This document shows, in pieces, positions 11,950-26,393 of a stretch of DNA of 52,982 bases. This DNA is from Octopus sinensis (Eukaryota). Under the pieces are notes generated by a model. That model saw only the letters and a program-made list of their open reading frames with translations, had not been told where the DNA came from and searched no databases. A program made the position numbers and the translations under genes. The stretch lies in contig NW_021835936.1 in NCBI RefSeq assembly GCF_006345805.1, forward strand, positions 1 to 52,982, given 5' to 3'. Numbering within the stretch: the stretch's first letter is position 1; the number at the start of each line of letters is the position of its first letter.

Positions 11950-13250
11950 AAGGGGCGGGCAACAGGTTGCTTAGCCACATAGCGAAAAATTAGAAATAGC
12001 AGACAAAAACTGTTTATTTCTGTTTTCTACTATCAGGGGGGAAGGGCATAAGTTTTGATAAAAAATACAAAAATCGATTTCAGGTGAGTATGCGATCGAT
12101 AGAGCTGTGGGAACGTGCATTTGTAAAATCGTTTTTCTTGAAATAGAGTAAAGTCTATCTTTATTCTTCTTTTGCTGGAGTCTGAAATTTGGGTTAAATC
12201 AGAGTTTCTGAAAGGGAAAGCCTATGAGACGGTCGCACAATATTTTTGAAAAACTTTGGTTTTAATATTTGACACCTCAGCACCGTCCATGGGATGGGGG
12301 GCGTTGTGTATATATATATATATATATAAATGTATGTATGTATATATACACATATATATACATATATATATATATACATCTATATATATATATATGTTTG
12401 TGACACATGTTTATTTACATATATATATGTATGTGAGACTGTGTATGACTACAAATTGTTTTGTGGTTGTGTGTTGTATATGTGTGCGTGTGTGTGTGTG
12501 TGCCTCTCTGTGGGTGTGAGGGAGAGAGAGAGCGAGCGACTGAGAATCTGCATTTTTAAATCTGCCTCTCTGTCTGCAATTACAAAAATGTTATTGAGTG
12601 CAACGAAATTCAGTTTACAATTCAGATTCGTCATATTTTTATTTATGTACAGATATATGTGTGTGTATATAAGCATTGTATCTTTGTGTTTGCATCTATG
12701 TTACCAACCTTAAGTGTTGCTCCGGCTACATCTGTATACTAAAGGTTTTTTAAATATTAATATAATAGAAACAATTGTAGGCTTTATACTGAGCAAACTA
12801 ATAAACGCAACTGTCTCTATATTTATCGTTTGTTGTCAAAATGTCTGAATTTTTCCGAATTCTGCCATAGGATATTTCTATTTACTTATCATACAGGAGG
12901 AATTCACCTGGATGTGTATTCTACTTCTTATTCCTGGTGCCTAATTGTCGAATATAGTTAGATCTGAATCTCTGGATTCCCCTCGTTGTCCTACATGGCT
13001 TTTCCCTGTATTTGGGGAAATTTGTCTTTAATTGTTAATTGTTACGTTGTTCACATTAATTTATATAAATCACATCACAAACGTAAACGACAAACACTCA
13101 TTTTCATACCCGCACACACACACACATACACACACACAGAAAAAGTGAGCGTCTGTTAGAGAGGATGAAAGAGAGAGCGAAGATAGAAGGGAAGACAATA
13201 TATGTAGAAACATACAATTAGATTAATAATATCAGGAAGATCAAACTTAC

Positions 13251-13322
13251 AACTTATATAGATTGGTGAGACCTTCAAACAATCCATGTTGAATAATCGC
13301 GATTTTATTATTGGCTAGATTT
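13251..13322 (-). CDS. LRR exon (72 nt) NLANNKIAIIQHGLFEGLTNLYK(L)
   Basis: acttacAG|AAATCTAGCC...TATAAGTT|GTaagtt; phase 2/2; open frame. Confidence 0.92.
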
Positions 13323-13718
13323 CTGTAAGTTGGAAGAGAATTGGTGAGAAATGGTATAAAAATGATTAGTCACACAATTTTAAATACGCATATGTCTAAT
13401 CAACTGGATGTAGATGTAGAAGAAAAGGAAGTAGGAGTGCAAAAATTAGATGAAGGTGAAGATAATGAGAAGTGAAGATTATGATGATATTGATAATGAT
13501 GGCTTGTGACGCAGTTGACTGATGGTGAAGATGATGCTAATGATGATGTCGTTTGTGATGATGAGATGATAATGAATGTGGTGTTGAGGACGGTGATGGT
13601 CGCGTTCATGGCCATGATGCTTATGACGAAAATGAAATTAAAGAGGTGCAAAAAACAGAATTTGAAGCGGAGATAACAAGAAAATTATGAAGTGAAATAT
13701 ACATATATATATTGTGAA

Positions 13719-13806
<88 letters not shown>

Positions 13807-13810
<4 letters not shown>

Positions 13811-14222
13811 GGTCCCTTAGGGGATAATGCTACTGTTGTTTATAGCTCCGGGATGATATCTCCGCTAGCTGCCAAAACGACACACCACTTGTGTCTTACT
13901 TGTATTTGCGAACTAATATTATGGTTCTCGTCTCTGGTTTTACGTAATAAACACAGGCCCTGATTTCATGGTAGTAACTCGTCATCGAAACACGGGTGCG
14001 TGTGTATCACGTTAGGCTAGAGATGGCAATGTGTTTTTCCTTTCACAAATATTAATCAGACACAGACAGTGTGTCATTAGCAAAGTGGAGAAGATGTCAT
14101 CCTGGGGCTATAAAAACTAGAAGCATCGTTCCCTATGGCACTGATACGTTTACGTGATAAATATACTTTACGATTCCCTGCTACTACTGTTTACGTCTCA
14201 CTCACAGGTTTAATATTGCTTT

Positions 14223-14224
<2 letters not shown>
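13807..14224 (+). mobile_element. Candidate solo LTR, second copy
   Basis: Same 418-bp TG...CA sequence between TA runs. Confidence 0.5.
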
Positions 14225-14258
<34 letters not shown>

Positions 14259-14614
14259 GGGGCGGGCAACAGGTTGCTTAGTCACATAGTGAAAAATTAG
14301 AAATAGCAGTCAAAAACTGTTTATTTCTGTTTTCTACTATCAGGAGGTGGGTATAAGTTTTGAAAAAAATTACAAAGATCGATTTCAGGTGAGCTGTGCG
14401 ATTTCGATAGAGCTGTGCGAAAGTGCATTTGTAAAATCATTTTTCTTGGAATAGAAAAAAGTCTATCTTTATTTCTTCTTTAGCTGGTGTCTGAAATTTG
14501 GGTTAAATCAGTGTTTCTCAAAGGGGAGGCCGATGGGACGTTCGGACAAGTTTTTTGAAAAACTTTGGTTTTAGTTTTTGACACCTCAGCACCGTCCATG
14601 GGATGAGGTGGCCT

Positions 14615-14780
<166 letters not shown>

Positions 14781-15678
14781 GTATACATATATATAGATAT
14801 AAATATACATCTATATATATGTTTGTGACACATGTATATTTACATATATATATATGTATGTCAGCATGTGTATGACTACAAACTGCTTTGTGGTTGTGTG
14901 TGTGTGCGTGCGTGTGTGTGAGAGAGAGCGAGAGAGAGAGAGTCTGCATGTTTAAATCTGCCTCTCTCTCTGCAATTACAAAAATGTTATTGAATGCAAC
15001 AAAATTCAGTTTACAATTCAGATTCGTCATATTTTTCATTTATGTATAGTTATATGTATGTGTATATAAGCATTGTATCTTTGCGTTTGCATCTATATTA
15101 CCAACCCAAACTGTTGCTCCCGCTACATCTGTATACTAAAGGTTTTATCAATGTTAATAAAATAGAAACAATTGTAGGCTTTATACTGCGAAATCTAATA
15201 AACGCAACTGTCTCTATATTTATCGTTTGTTGTCAAAATGTCTGAATTTTCCAGAATTCTGCCATAGGATATTTCAATTTACTTATCATACAGGAGGAAT
15301 TCACTTGGGTGTGTATTCTACTTCTTATTACTGGTGCCTAATTGTCGAATATAGTTAGATCTGAATCTCTGGATTCCCCTCGTTGTCCTACATGACTTTC
15401 CCCCGAATCGGGGAATTTTGTCTTTAATTGTTAATTGTTACGTTGTTCACATTAATTTATATAAATCACATCACAATTCAAAACCACAAACACTCATATT
15501 CTTAATTATTTTCATACCCGCCCGCGCGCACACACACACGCGCACACACACACGCGCATACACACAGACAAATTGAAAGTCTGATAGAGAGGATGAAAGA
15601 GAAAGCGAAGATAGAAGGGAAGACATTATATGTAGAAATATACAATTAGATTAATAATATCAGGAAGATCAAACTTAC

Positions 15679-15750
15679 AACTTGTATAATTTGGTGAGAC
15701 CTACGAACGATCCATGTTCGATGATCGCGATTTTATTATTGACTAGAATT
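15679..15750 (-). CDS. LRR exon (72 nt) ILVNNKIAIIEHGSFVGLTKLYK(L)
   Basis: acttacAG|AATTCTAGTC...TACAAGTT|GTaagtt; phase 2/2; open frame. Confidence 0.92.
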
Positions 15751-16165
15751 CTGTAAGTTGAAAAAGTATTGGTGAGAAATGGTATAAAAATGATTAGTCA
15801 CACAATTTTAAATACGCATATGTCTAATAAACTGCATGTAGATGTGGAAGAAAAGGAAGTCGGAGTGCAAAAATTAGATGAAAATGAAGATAATGAGGAG
15901 TGAAGGTTATGATGATATTGATAATGATGGCTTGTGACGCAGTTGACTGATGGTGACGATGATGCTAATGATGATGTCGTTTATGATGATGATGATGAGA
16001 TGATAATGAGTGTGGTGTTGAGCACGTTGGTGGTCGCGTTCATGGCCATGATGCTTATGACGACAATGAAATATAAGAAGTACAAAATAGGATTTGAAGC
16101 GGAGATTACAAGAAAAATATGAAGTGAAATATACATATATATATTGTGAAGGATATATATATATA

Positions 16166-16574
16166 TGTCGGTCCCATAGGGGATAATGCTACTGTTGTTT
16201 ATAGCTCCGGAATATCTCCGCTAGCTGTCAAAACGACACACCACTTGTGCCTTACGTGTATTTGCGAACTAATATCATGGTTCCCGTCTCTGGTTTTACG
16301 TAATAAACACAGGCCCTGATTTCTGGGTAGTAACTCGTCATCGAAACCTGGGTGTGTGTGTATCACGTCAGGCTAGAGATGGCAATGTTTTTTCCTTTCG
16401 CAAATACTAATCAGACACAGACAGTGTGTCATTAGCCAAGTGGAGAAGAGATCCTCCTGAGGCTATAAAAAGAAGAAGCATCCTTCACTATGGGACTGAT
16501 ACGTTACGTGGTAAATATACTTTACGATTCCGTGCCACTACTGTTTACGTCTCACTCACAGATTTAATATTGCT

Positions 16575-16578
<4 letters not shown>
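16166..16578 (+). mobile_element. Candidate solo LTR, third copy (3-prime end mutated)
   Basis: Homologous to 11490-11907. Confidence 0.45.
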
Positions 16579-16665
<87 letters not shown>

Positions 16666-17030
16666 TAGATATATAAAGGGGCAGGCAACAGGTTGCTTAG
16701 CCACATACCGAAAAATTAGAAATATCGGTCAAAAACTGTTTATTTGTATTTTCTACTATCAGGGCATGCATAAGTTTTGAAAAAATTACAAAGATCGATT
16801 TCAGGTGTGTATGCGATCGATAAAGCCGTGGGAACGTGCATTTGCAAAAATCGTTTTTCTTGGAATAGAAAAAAGTCTATCTTTATTTCTTCTTTTGCTG
16901 GTGTCTGAAATTTGGGTTAAATCAGTGTTTCTCAAAGGGGAGGCCTATGGGACGGTCGGACATGTTTTTTGAAACACTTTGGTTTAAATGTTTGACACCC
17001 CAGCACCGTCCATGGGATGGGGGGGCGTTG

Positions 17031-17068
<38 letters not shown>

Positions 17069-17165
17069 GGAGTAAACACATAAATGTGAAACAAGGTGGA
17101 AAAAAGAGTACTCAAATACCAGTGGTAGAGTAATATGCTTTATTTAAAGCAGCAGAAAATTCAAC

Positions 17166-17213
17166 AAAACCTGTTACTCTGAGTTTCACGTTGCCGTTCT
17201 TCGGACAGTTTTT
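17166..17213 (-). ncRNA. Minimal type I hammerhead ribozyme motif (Penelope-like terminal repeat)
   Basis: Minus strand reads AAAAACTGT-CCGAAGA-ACG GCAA CGT-GAAA-CTC A GAG-TA^-ACAGGTTTT: stem I, core with a U4C variant, stem II, tiny stem III and a GUA cleavage triplet. Confidence 0.7.
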
Positions 17214-17344
17214 GCTAGAATAGAACCGATACGTCAATTCTATCCAGACTAGTATAAACGCTACACCTTTGAAAATTGACTTGTTTGATTGGTCCTTTAC
17301 AAATAACTGTGAATTTTCGAGTGATAAACAAAAAGGAGCTCAAA

Positions 17345-20030
17345 AATATATATATCACCCAGGCATGTTTGAAGACTGCCTAACAAAAATAGAAGAAGTC
17401 CTCACAAACCTTGAACAACACTTCATGGGTGACATTAACTTCCCCAATGTGGAATGGCCTGGGGCGGGGCAGATGCTCCCAGTGATGACACACCATCAGC
17501 AGGCACAGGCAGAGTCCCTGCTCCATCTCACAAATGCCTCTTTCATGGAGCAAATAGCTCTGCAACCAACAAGGGCAGATAATATACTTCACAAACAATA
17601 TGTATATTATCCATAATGTTAAAGTGATGCCGACAATGAGCTCGGATCACAACATAATAGAGCTGTCTATGTATGGACCAAAAGCCCCCGTAGACACACA
17701 GCCTATACGAAGCATCCACCATCTCTCCAACTTAAACTTTCATAAAGCAAACTGGAAGTTGATTGCGAAAGAGATCCTCAAACAGGATTGGCCTAAATGT
17801 CTCTCCACACTGGACATTAACATGAAGCACAAACACTTCATGTCCATAATACAAGCCATATGTGACAAATATGTCCCAGTGTACAGGGCCAGCACACACA
17901 AAAACAAAAACAGGATCCCTAGAGAAAGGAGGATTCTTATGAGACGACGGACAATGATTGCGAACCGCCTGAGCAAGCACACCAAAGGTGGTGAGAAGTC
18001 TCGGCTCGAGAGAATGCTAATGGAAATTGAGAAAGTCTGCATCAATCTCATGAAAAGGAGAGAGCAGATAAAGAAGTTTGGGTAATAGAAAATATAAAAT
18101 CAAACCCTAAAGCTTTCTTTACGTTTGCCAAAGAGACAGCCACAGTGCACCAGAGAATAGGACCTCTCTTCCAAAAAGATGGCTCTCTCACAGGAAACCC
18201 CACGAGGATAAGTGAAATACTGAACGAACATTTCCAAAGTGTGTTCACTACATCTCTAGGACACAGGCAAGTAAACAACCCAGAAGAATTCTTTGCCACT
18301 TTACCTGCGTCCAAAGAGGCAAAAATTGAGTACATCAACATTGAAGATGATGATATCACACTAGCCATAGATGAGATTGACACAAACTCAGCTGCTGGAC
18401 CTGATGGATTTCCAGCGATCCTTCTCAAATCGTGCAAACGAGCCCTTGCAAAACCGCTACAGCTTCTTTTTCAGAGCTTCCTTGCAAGTGGTAAGCTCCC
18501 AGTCAAATTGAAAGAGGGTGTAGTATGCCCTATCCATAAGGGAGGTAGCAGAGCAGATGCTGAAAATTATAGGCCTTTCTCTCTGACCTCACACATCAGC
18601 AAAGTCATGGAACGAATAGTCCGCAAGAAACTAATCATGTTCCTTGAAGAAAATGACTTGCTATCTGACACCCAGCATGGATTTCGGCCAGGCAGAAGCT
18701 GCTTAACAAAGCTCCTGCAACACTATGACTGGGTGTTAAAACAGCTACTAAATGGCTCAAATGTGGATGTAATATATCTCGACTTTGCAAAGGCCTTTGA
18801 TAAAGTCGACCATGGTATGATCTGTCACAAACTGCGTGGTCACGGCATAGGCGGAAAACTTGGAGAGTGGCTGCACAACTTCCTAAAAGACAGAAGACAG
18901 GCAGTTGTGAGCAATGGAGCCACTTCCAAGGAAACACCAATAACAAGCGGTGTTCCACAGGGCACTGTCTTGGGGCCACTGCTGTTCATAGTGGCCCTTT
19001 CAGACATGCCTTCAGTTGCTACGATGGCCACCCTTGCTAGCTATGCAGATGACACAAAAAATCCCACACAATACAAAACCCTGAAAATATTGCGCATCTG
19101 CAACAGGAGTTGGATAAAATATACAGGTAGGCGGAGGACAACAACATGCAGTTTAATGCAGGTACGTTCCAGGCCTTGCGTTACCGTCACAAAGGTAAAC
19201 GACGCAGCAGACTGGATACACTGGCCCAGGAAGAATTGCAATCCCTGAGTCAAAATCAGTGCCTGACCTGGGCATTGACATGAGCAATGATGCATCTTTC
19301 CAAGTGCATATTACTAATCTGGTGATAAAATGCAAATGGCCAGCTGGATGGATTCTCCGAACTTTCAGAACAAGAGAGAAGGAGACACTGATGGTCCTCT
19401 GGAAAACATTCGTCCTCAGCCGCTTGGACTACTGCTCCCAACTATGGTCACCACACAATATAAAACTAACAGCAGAACTTGAAGCAATTCAGAGAAGCTA
19501 CAAAGAAGATTGTCTCAATGTAAAATATCAGCTACTGTGAAAGACTGAAAGTATTAAACCTCTTCTCCCTAGAGTGGAGGCGGGAGAGATATGCGGTGAT
19601 ATACACATCAGGAAAATCCTGGAGGGTCTTGTCCCAAACTTTGGCATTCAAAGTTACCCCAACCGCAGAACGGGGCGCCACTGCATGGTGCCAAAGATTC
19701 CAACATCACCATCAAAATACAGGTCCAGATACTGCAACAGCTTGGGTTTTAGAGGACCACAGCTCTTTAACATCCTCCCTAAATGCCTAAGACACTTACA
19801 TGGTGTGGATGTGGGTTTCTTTAAAACTAAACTGGATCTCTTCTTGTCGGGAGTCCCAGATGAACCTACCACGACAGGAGACGCAGATGCGGGCAGCAGT
19901 ATCGAACTCCCTTGTTGATCAAGTGCCACGTATCAGAGGTGGATTCACATATTAGTGTAGCTCATTCAGCGGTGGTGCCCCAGCATGGCCGCGGCCTTCG
20001 GGATAAAACATTTTTAAGGATTTTAAGGAT
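17345..20030 (+). mobile_element. 5-prime-truncated CR1-group LINE (APE endonuclease remnant plus RT), frameshifted
   Basis: GDINFPNVEW, SDHNII, GPDG, YLDFAKAFDKV, GVPQGTVLGPLLF, YADD, LDYCSQLWSP; ends in TTTTAAGGA repeats. Confidence 0.92.
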
Positions 20031-21129
20031 TTTATATATATAAATAAAAATTATAAAATTCGAGGAAAAACCTTTTATTGAATAAAATACATATTGTCAT
20101 TAATAAAGTAAATATAATTAATACATGGAAATTGAGATTAAAATGTTAAAATGCATTAAAATATTACACGGCAGTACATATTCATATTAAACTATACATA
20201 TATACATCAACATACACAGATAGATGCGTGCAGACCGCATACATATACAGACGTATAAATATAAAGCTAAAATATACACACAAATGCATGTACACATATG
20301 CATACGCAATCTAGTTCGCACGCAAAACCACTGTATCTATAAAGACTATAAGCTAAAATCATGGATGGGGAAGGGGCGTTCTTATTTACGATATAAAGTT
20401 GAAGACATGGGTAAGGGAAGGGGGGACGTAAAGTTACAGGACTCTACAAGTAACGGAAAGTAAGATAGAGAAAACACGAAAGAAAGGAAGAGAGAGAAAA
20501 AAGAGAAGAGAGAGAAAAAAGAAGGAAAAGAGTGGGGACGGAAAACGAAAGAAGAAAAATTATGTATACAAACTTCGTAATCACATATACTGACACATAT
20601 ATATAGAGACAAGTACGCAAACACACAAGTTCAAGTGGATACATACACATACAATCGTGTATGTATGTGCTTAAGTACAAACATACGCTCACTTACACAT
20701 ATACAAAGACGTATACTTACAAATACATATTCGTGGCTATACACATATTTACATCAAAATGCCTAGGTTCTGACAACATTGCTTTTTAAAAATGGTGAGT
20801 GTAATAATAAAAATTATACGAAAGACATGTAAAATATAACACCCTATTTCGGATCATCTATAAATTAAATATCAAAGTAAGCCTATACAATATAATAACA
20901 TGAAATAAACTAAGTCGAAGGTATTTCCTAAGGAATATGTAGAAATATTAACAAAATAAACAAAATATATGCACGAGACTTTGCTATACGGAATGAAATC
21001 TGCATAGCGCGAAACAAATCCATCGGTGCGTTTACAGACTAGTCCAAGAATCAAAAATCAAAATTTCAAAATTCAAAACTACAAAACAAACAAAATATAC
21101 TCTATCCATATGCCACATTTATGTTTGAC

Positions 21130-21975
21130 ATTTTAAATTTGGTTGCGTGCCTGCATAAGTTCATCAGCTCACTTCTTTGATTCAAAGAATTATTGTCTTT
21201 GAATAAAATATACAGTTTCTCTAACAGGCAAAGATTGCACTTAAAATTTTTTTCTTATGCGCTCCATGTCTGTATGGTACCGTTCTGTCCAGAATGCTCC
21301 ATGTCACGTTGAAAGGTGGTGTTTCCTTTTCTTTTAGTTCCCAAACATATTTTGCTAGGCTGGTCCTCTTCCTATTTTCTGGGTATCTAAATGGATTTTT
21401 ATGCGAATAAAATCGCGTTTTAAATGAATTTTCTGAAGCCCCTATATAGGTCTAGTATTCCGATGAGCCTTCTATTTGTACCTTGGCTCTATAAACGATC
21501 CCTTTTACTAGACATTTCCCTCCCAACGGACAGGAGGATTCATTTTTGAAATTGCATTTCTTGAGGGGCTCGGCACCATGCTTAATATCAATCAGATTCC
21601 TATTATGCTGGCTAATATAAGAGGCGAAATTTCTGCAACAAGAATAGCTAACCTTAAGGGTTCTTTTATTAAATATTCTTTAGAATTTAAGGTCCAGCTT
21701 AAAATGCCTAGAGACTAATTTCAAAAATTCCTTACCTATATTAGTCTTTACGGCCAAATTGAAAGCCGGGTTGAACCACAAAACTTTCCTTCGCGCAGCA
21801 TTATTACCAGCATTAAGCTGGTTGTACTGGATCTTCTCAGAGAATCCACCATTCCTTAATGCGCTATCGTAATACGGTGCAGTATTATGGAATGCTGCCT
21901 CATCCGAAGAAATTGAAGATATTCTTCTACCTACATTGCTGACTAAGTTCCTAAGGATAACTGGCGGATAACTGC
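21130..21975 (-). mobile_element. Penelope-like element remnant (RT thumb plus GIY-YIG endonuclease)
   Basis: Manual translation gives YPPVILRNLVSNVGRRIS..WFNPAFN..TNIGKEFL and CPLGGKCLVKGIVYRAKV..*TYIGASENSFKTRFYSHK..SLAKYVWELK..CNLCLLEK. Confidence 0.88.
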
Positions 21976-22310
21976 AATGGCAGGTGTCTACAACAAAGGG
22001 AAGAAGAACGAGATGGTTCTTTGCCCTGATAAAATGTGGGGGTCACGGCAATGTTGAGAAGGAACTCGAAAAAAATGTATTTGATAATAATTTGAGACCC
22101 GTAATTAGGCTAAATGCCGAAGATTCCACATCAAAATCATCTAAGCACAGCAGGTTCCTGCTTGCACAGTACATCACAGACAGAATGAGTAACAAATGCG
22201 TTCTAATGAAATCCTAATTTTGTGTTAGTCAAATGCCACCTGTTGGCGCCTGCACTGAAGGAAGCCGGATTCGGTCCTGTTTCCAGAGGCTGGATCGCAG
22301 TAACCTACGA
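21975..22310 (+). mobile_element. Ancient Tx1-like RT remnant, truncated by the Penelope-like element
   Basis: DNNLRPVIRLNAE resembles DNFRPITLLNAD; LAPALKEAGFGPVSRGWIA resembles LAAVLRAAGFGPVFRGWIA of the young Tx1. Confidence 0.65.
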
Positions 22311-23774
22311 CAAATTGTGCTTGTTGGAACCATTCAAATGAACTGGAACTAAGAAGACCTGGCGAACAGGCTATAAGCAGAGAGGTAGTGTGGTGGAGAA
22401 TACAGAACAATTGAAGAGAGAGAGATAATACGATCAAACTCTCATCGAAGCCTTAAAATTCCATTTAAAATTACAGTGAGGGTGGAGTGAGAGAGAAATC
22501 TACACCACCCAAGTAAATGTAGTGAAAAGTGGGGGAATACTAAACTGCACCTGTAAGCTGAGTCATACCGAGGACGATGGAGTACTTGTAGTCGTAGTCT
22601 TGACCTAACTTTCTTTACAACATCTGCCATAATGGCATGGACGATCCTAAAATTACTTGAGTAGTTTATGACTGGGAGTTACATGAGTTTCAACTTCGTC
22701 AGTCAACAATATTGGCCTCAGAAGCGGTCAGAAGCGGTCACTTACTATCCGTCATCTAGAAGACAGTGGAAAACCTGGGGAAGGTGTTTAAATTTAACCG
22801 GAGTGACACATAATCTAATTGTGAAAGCAACAAGGATTCTGAAAGGCGACTATCTACAGTGGCCATGTGATGTCTCCCAGTAATTTTAAGACCTGGATTT
22901 AAAAATAGAGCATCCGCCATGGATCATTTGGCAGTTCTCCGTACATGACATTTCAATATCCTCATTGAAGAGAAGGAAGCGATTGCCTGTGAAAAAGGCT
23001 GAGCAACGTAGTCCTGAGCGGAAAATACAATTTAAAGCACTTCATAAGCAGCCTCAGAGAAAGCTTGGTTCTCTGTGATTAGATGTTGCTATTGCGAGGC
23101 TTTCGGTACGAGGGCAATACATCACGGAATTGGAGTGCGGTGGAGGATTTCCTGGCTTCACATGTATGTGATGAAAAACCTGATTTGGGTAGCACCACAC
23201 CACCTCACTGTGACAAGTGGCCAGAAAGGTATAGGAAGTTACTGAAAAAGAAAGGTGTGTATGTCTTACTACTTTCATACTAATACAGAGTCTATGATTT
23301 CCTTTTGTTTGTCATCTAACCTTATGGTTACTCTTATTTTACGAGAGTGGCAGAAGCTTTTGCGCACTCTTACATCCTCACGTGGGACGTATAGTTTATT
23401 TATATCAGCCTCTAGGAGATGCATGTAGTGTATCGTGACAGAATTGCTTTGTTTTGATTCGGTGATACACATCTCATTCGTGGATCATTTTATGGTATCA
23501 AAGCTGCTGCCTAGAGGACCTATATATAAGGTATTCATTGCATCAGTCTTTTCTTCAAATGGAAATAGGTTTTTATAGTGGCGGCTCATAAGAATGCGGT
23601 GTGACGCGAGAAATCATATCAGCACATTCAATAATAGAAGAGACTAGCCATAACAGTTTTAATATATCGACGGAATTAAATGCAGGAAGATAAGGAAAAA
23701 AATGCGGTGTTTGGGGATTTCATGAAGGAGATGACCATAATGATGTTCAAAGGATATGAGTTTGTCATAAAATT

Positions 23775-25220
23775 TAAAATTAAATACACAGTATTTTACG
23801 TAGGATATGGGCGGTTCCGATTAGCGCTATCTTTTGAGTTGCTGCCATTTTGGGGTTTCCTAGTATCTGAGATGGTATGATTCAGGCCTTTTGCTATAAT
23901 TCCTCGGGCAACTATGACAACAGGCATTGTTTTACTTCCACATTTTGCTAATTTCTATTTCAAGATCTTTACACTTGCTCAGTTTTGTAGGTTTTGATAG
24001 ATACTTTTTTTGTCGATTGGGACAGTTTTAAATGAGGAGGCATGGTTTTTTTCCTGTAGTTTTTCTATATAATGCCTGTTCTATTCGCATCTATCTTTCT
24101 GTCACTTTGAATGGCAAGGTTCTAGAGGTTAAGATGCGATCATCTTCAAGAACTGGAGTGTGTTCGGGTCCCCAACCGATTGTATCATGTGGCACGTGTA
24201 TGTTTTTGCAAATTAACTAGTAAATATGATGTGCTGCTCAATCATGCCTGTTGAGATATTCTGTATGCACAAGAAGACTGCACATGGAGACAACATGATC
24301 AATGGTTTCATTTTGTTGTTTACAAGACATGCTGGGTGACTGCCGTTCTTTAATATGGTAGTTTCTTGTAGGTAGGCCTTGATCTTGAGCTGCTATATTA
24401 AATCCGTCTGTGTCTGATTTTAAGCTAGAAGACACTAAACATTGATGGGTAATGGCTTTATCCACATCGGCACTATTAGCTCTCTTTGGGTATTTGCCAT
24501 TGAGCTGTTTTCTTTGTCATTTATCTGTAAGAATATCTAAGTCAGATTCTTTGCATGTACTTTCATTCGCTTAGCTTTTTTCTGTGCTTGCTTCTAGTAC
24601 GTTTAATTCTGGGAATTGTTGTATTTGGAATTCACTTAGATATTTCTTTGCATGCTTTGTTACTTTGTATGACACTTTCTTGTTTTCGTGCTTTGAGACA
24701 AGTTTTAATATTCAGTCATGAGAGTTGTTTAGGTAGGTGTCACGGTCAATTGTGGCACTATCCATTGTTAATTCCAATTGTAAATGTTACGGCCACCCTC
24801 TTTTCTTTGCAGGTAAAATCGTTCTACATCTGTTTTAGGGTGGTGCATTCTATGCATTGTCAACAATTTTCGTATTTTTCTGTCACGATTACATATTTCA
24901 ATAATTGACCAGTTAATGATATTGAAACTGTAAGTCACGACTTGTACGGCATAGGTACTGATCACTTCGATCCTGTTTCTTGCATTCAGCTCTGTCTTGA
25001 ATATTGCTTTTACCCTGCGATAATATTCATCACTGAATATTTGATCATGTCCACTTCAAATATCGATAAGTACATGTATCTCTCCGCGTGTTCTAATTCC
25101 ATTATGACATTCTGAGGGATGTTTCTGTCGTTTTTCCTTTGATAAATGTAGCTTTTGCCCATTTATCGAGGTAAAATTGCAACGTGATATCATCAAAGAA
25201 TTGTTTAGTATCTCCCGCCC
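23775..25220 (-). mobile_element. Decayed R4/Dong-clade LINE 3-prime half
   Basis: VVTYSFNIINW, MHRMHHPK, DTDGFNIAAQDQ, IDHVVSMC..NRHD, QKIALIGTAHILRK. Confidence 0.88.
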
Positions 25221-25523
25221 AAGACGAAACACTAAAGGACTATATATTTATCCACACATTTCAGGAATAAATATACATATGACTATATACGCACTTTTCA
25301 CAATATACCAAACAGTGATGTAGAACACAAAGACTTATGTAAACACACATCGTCACACACAAACACGCTCAACTCACACACACTCACATACATATATATA
25401 TAGAGAGAGATAATGTGAGGTAGAGAAGGGCAACCGAAGGTTAAGAAAGTAAGATGGAAAGGTATTAAATTTCAGGAAATATATACTCAGGAATATAGTA
25501 TGAACAAGACTGGTTCAACTTAC

Positions 25524-25595
25524 AATTCACCTAAGTTTGGAAGATTTGCAAACGATCCATTTTCAATTTTCACGATTGCATTACTGGAAAGATCT
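25524..25595 (-). CDS. LRR exon (72 nt) DLSSNAIVKIENGSFANLPNLGE(L)
   Basis: ctttcAG|AGATCTTTCC...GGTGAATT|GTaagtt; phase 2/2; open frame. Confidence 0.92.
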
Positions 25596-26139
25596 CTGAA
25601 AGATAATTCATGAAGAACAAGCATAGAAGTGATTAGTCATATATTTCAAATATTATGTCTAATGAAATAGCTGCTGAAATAGAAGAAAAATAAGTACAAG
25701 TGAGACAATTTGGTGAAGACGATTATGAAAATGATAAGTGAAGATTATGAAGATAATGATGAAGATGTATGGCATTGTGTAAGTAAATGATGAAAGCGAT
25801 AATTATTATGATGAGGGCATTGACGGTGACGGATTTGGTAGTGATGAAGTTCTTTCGGTCTGCTGGCATTGCACTTGTGGTTCCATATTATGACTGATAA
25901 GGATGATGATGATGGTGGATGATGGTTACGACCACCACGAGGACGTAGACGATGATTATGATGACAATATTTACTGATGGTGCTCTTAATATTTGGAATG
26001 ATCATGTGGAGGATGACGCTGATATACAAAGTTGAAACTATAACAAAAGAGAAGGATGAGAATAAGAATAAAATTAACGACCAGCAGTAATTGATAAATG
26101 AGATTAAAAGGGTAAAGAAGACTAAACTAGAACTGGCGA

Positions 26140-26294
26140 TATGTATCTATCTATCTATCCATCTATCTATCTATCTATCTATCTGTCTACTTATCTAACT
26201 ATCTATCTATCTAACTATCTATGTAGCCATCCATCTATCTCTCTATCCATCCATCCATCTATCTATCCATCCATATATCTATCTATCTAGCTAT

Positions 26295-26370
<76 letters not shown>

Positions 26371-26393
26371 GTATCTATCTATCTATCTATCTA
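26140..26393. repeat. (TATC)n microsatellite; paralogs at about 34975-35220, 41990-42100, 42555-42690 and 48998-49207
   Basis: Directly visible at the same position in each 7-kb unit. Confidence 0.95.

Noticed and set aside
11950-12307. About 360-bp segment starting TTAAGGGG as a Kolobok/MITE
   Set aside because: No matching inverted end found; left unclassified.
23083-23283. 66-aa ORF kept at 39633-39833, weakly like a mariner C-terminus
   Set aside because: Broken in the third paralog (about 46380); the similarity is too weak to call.
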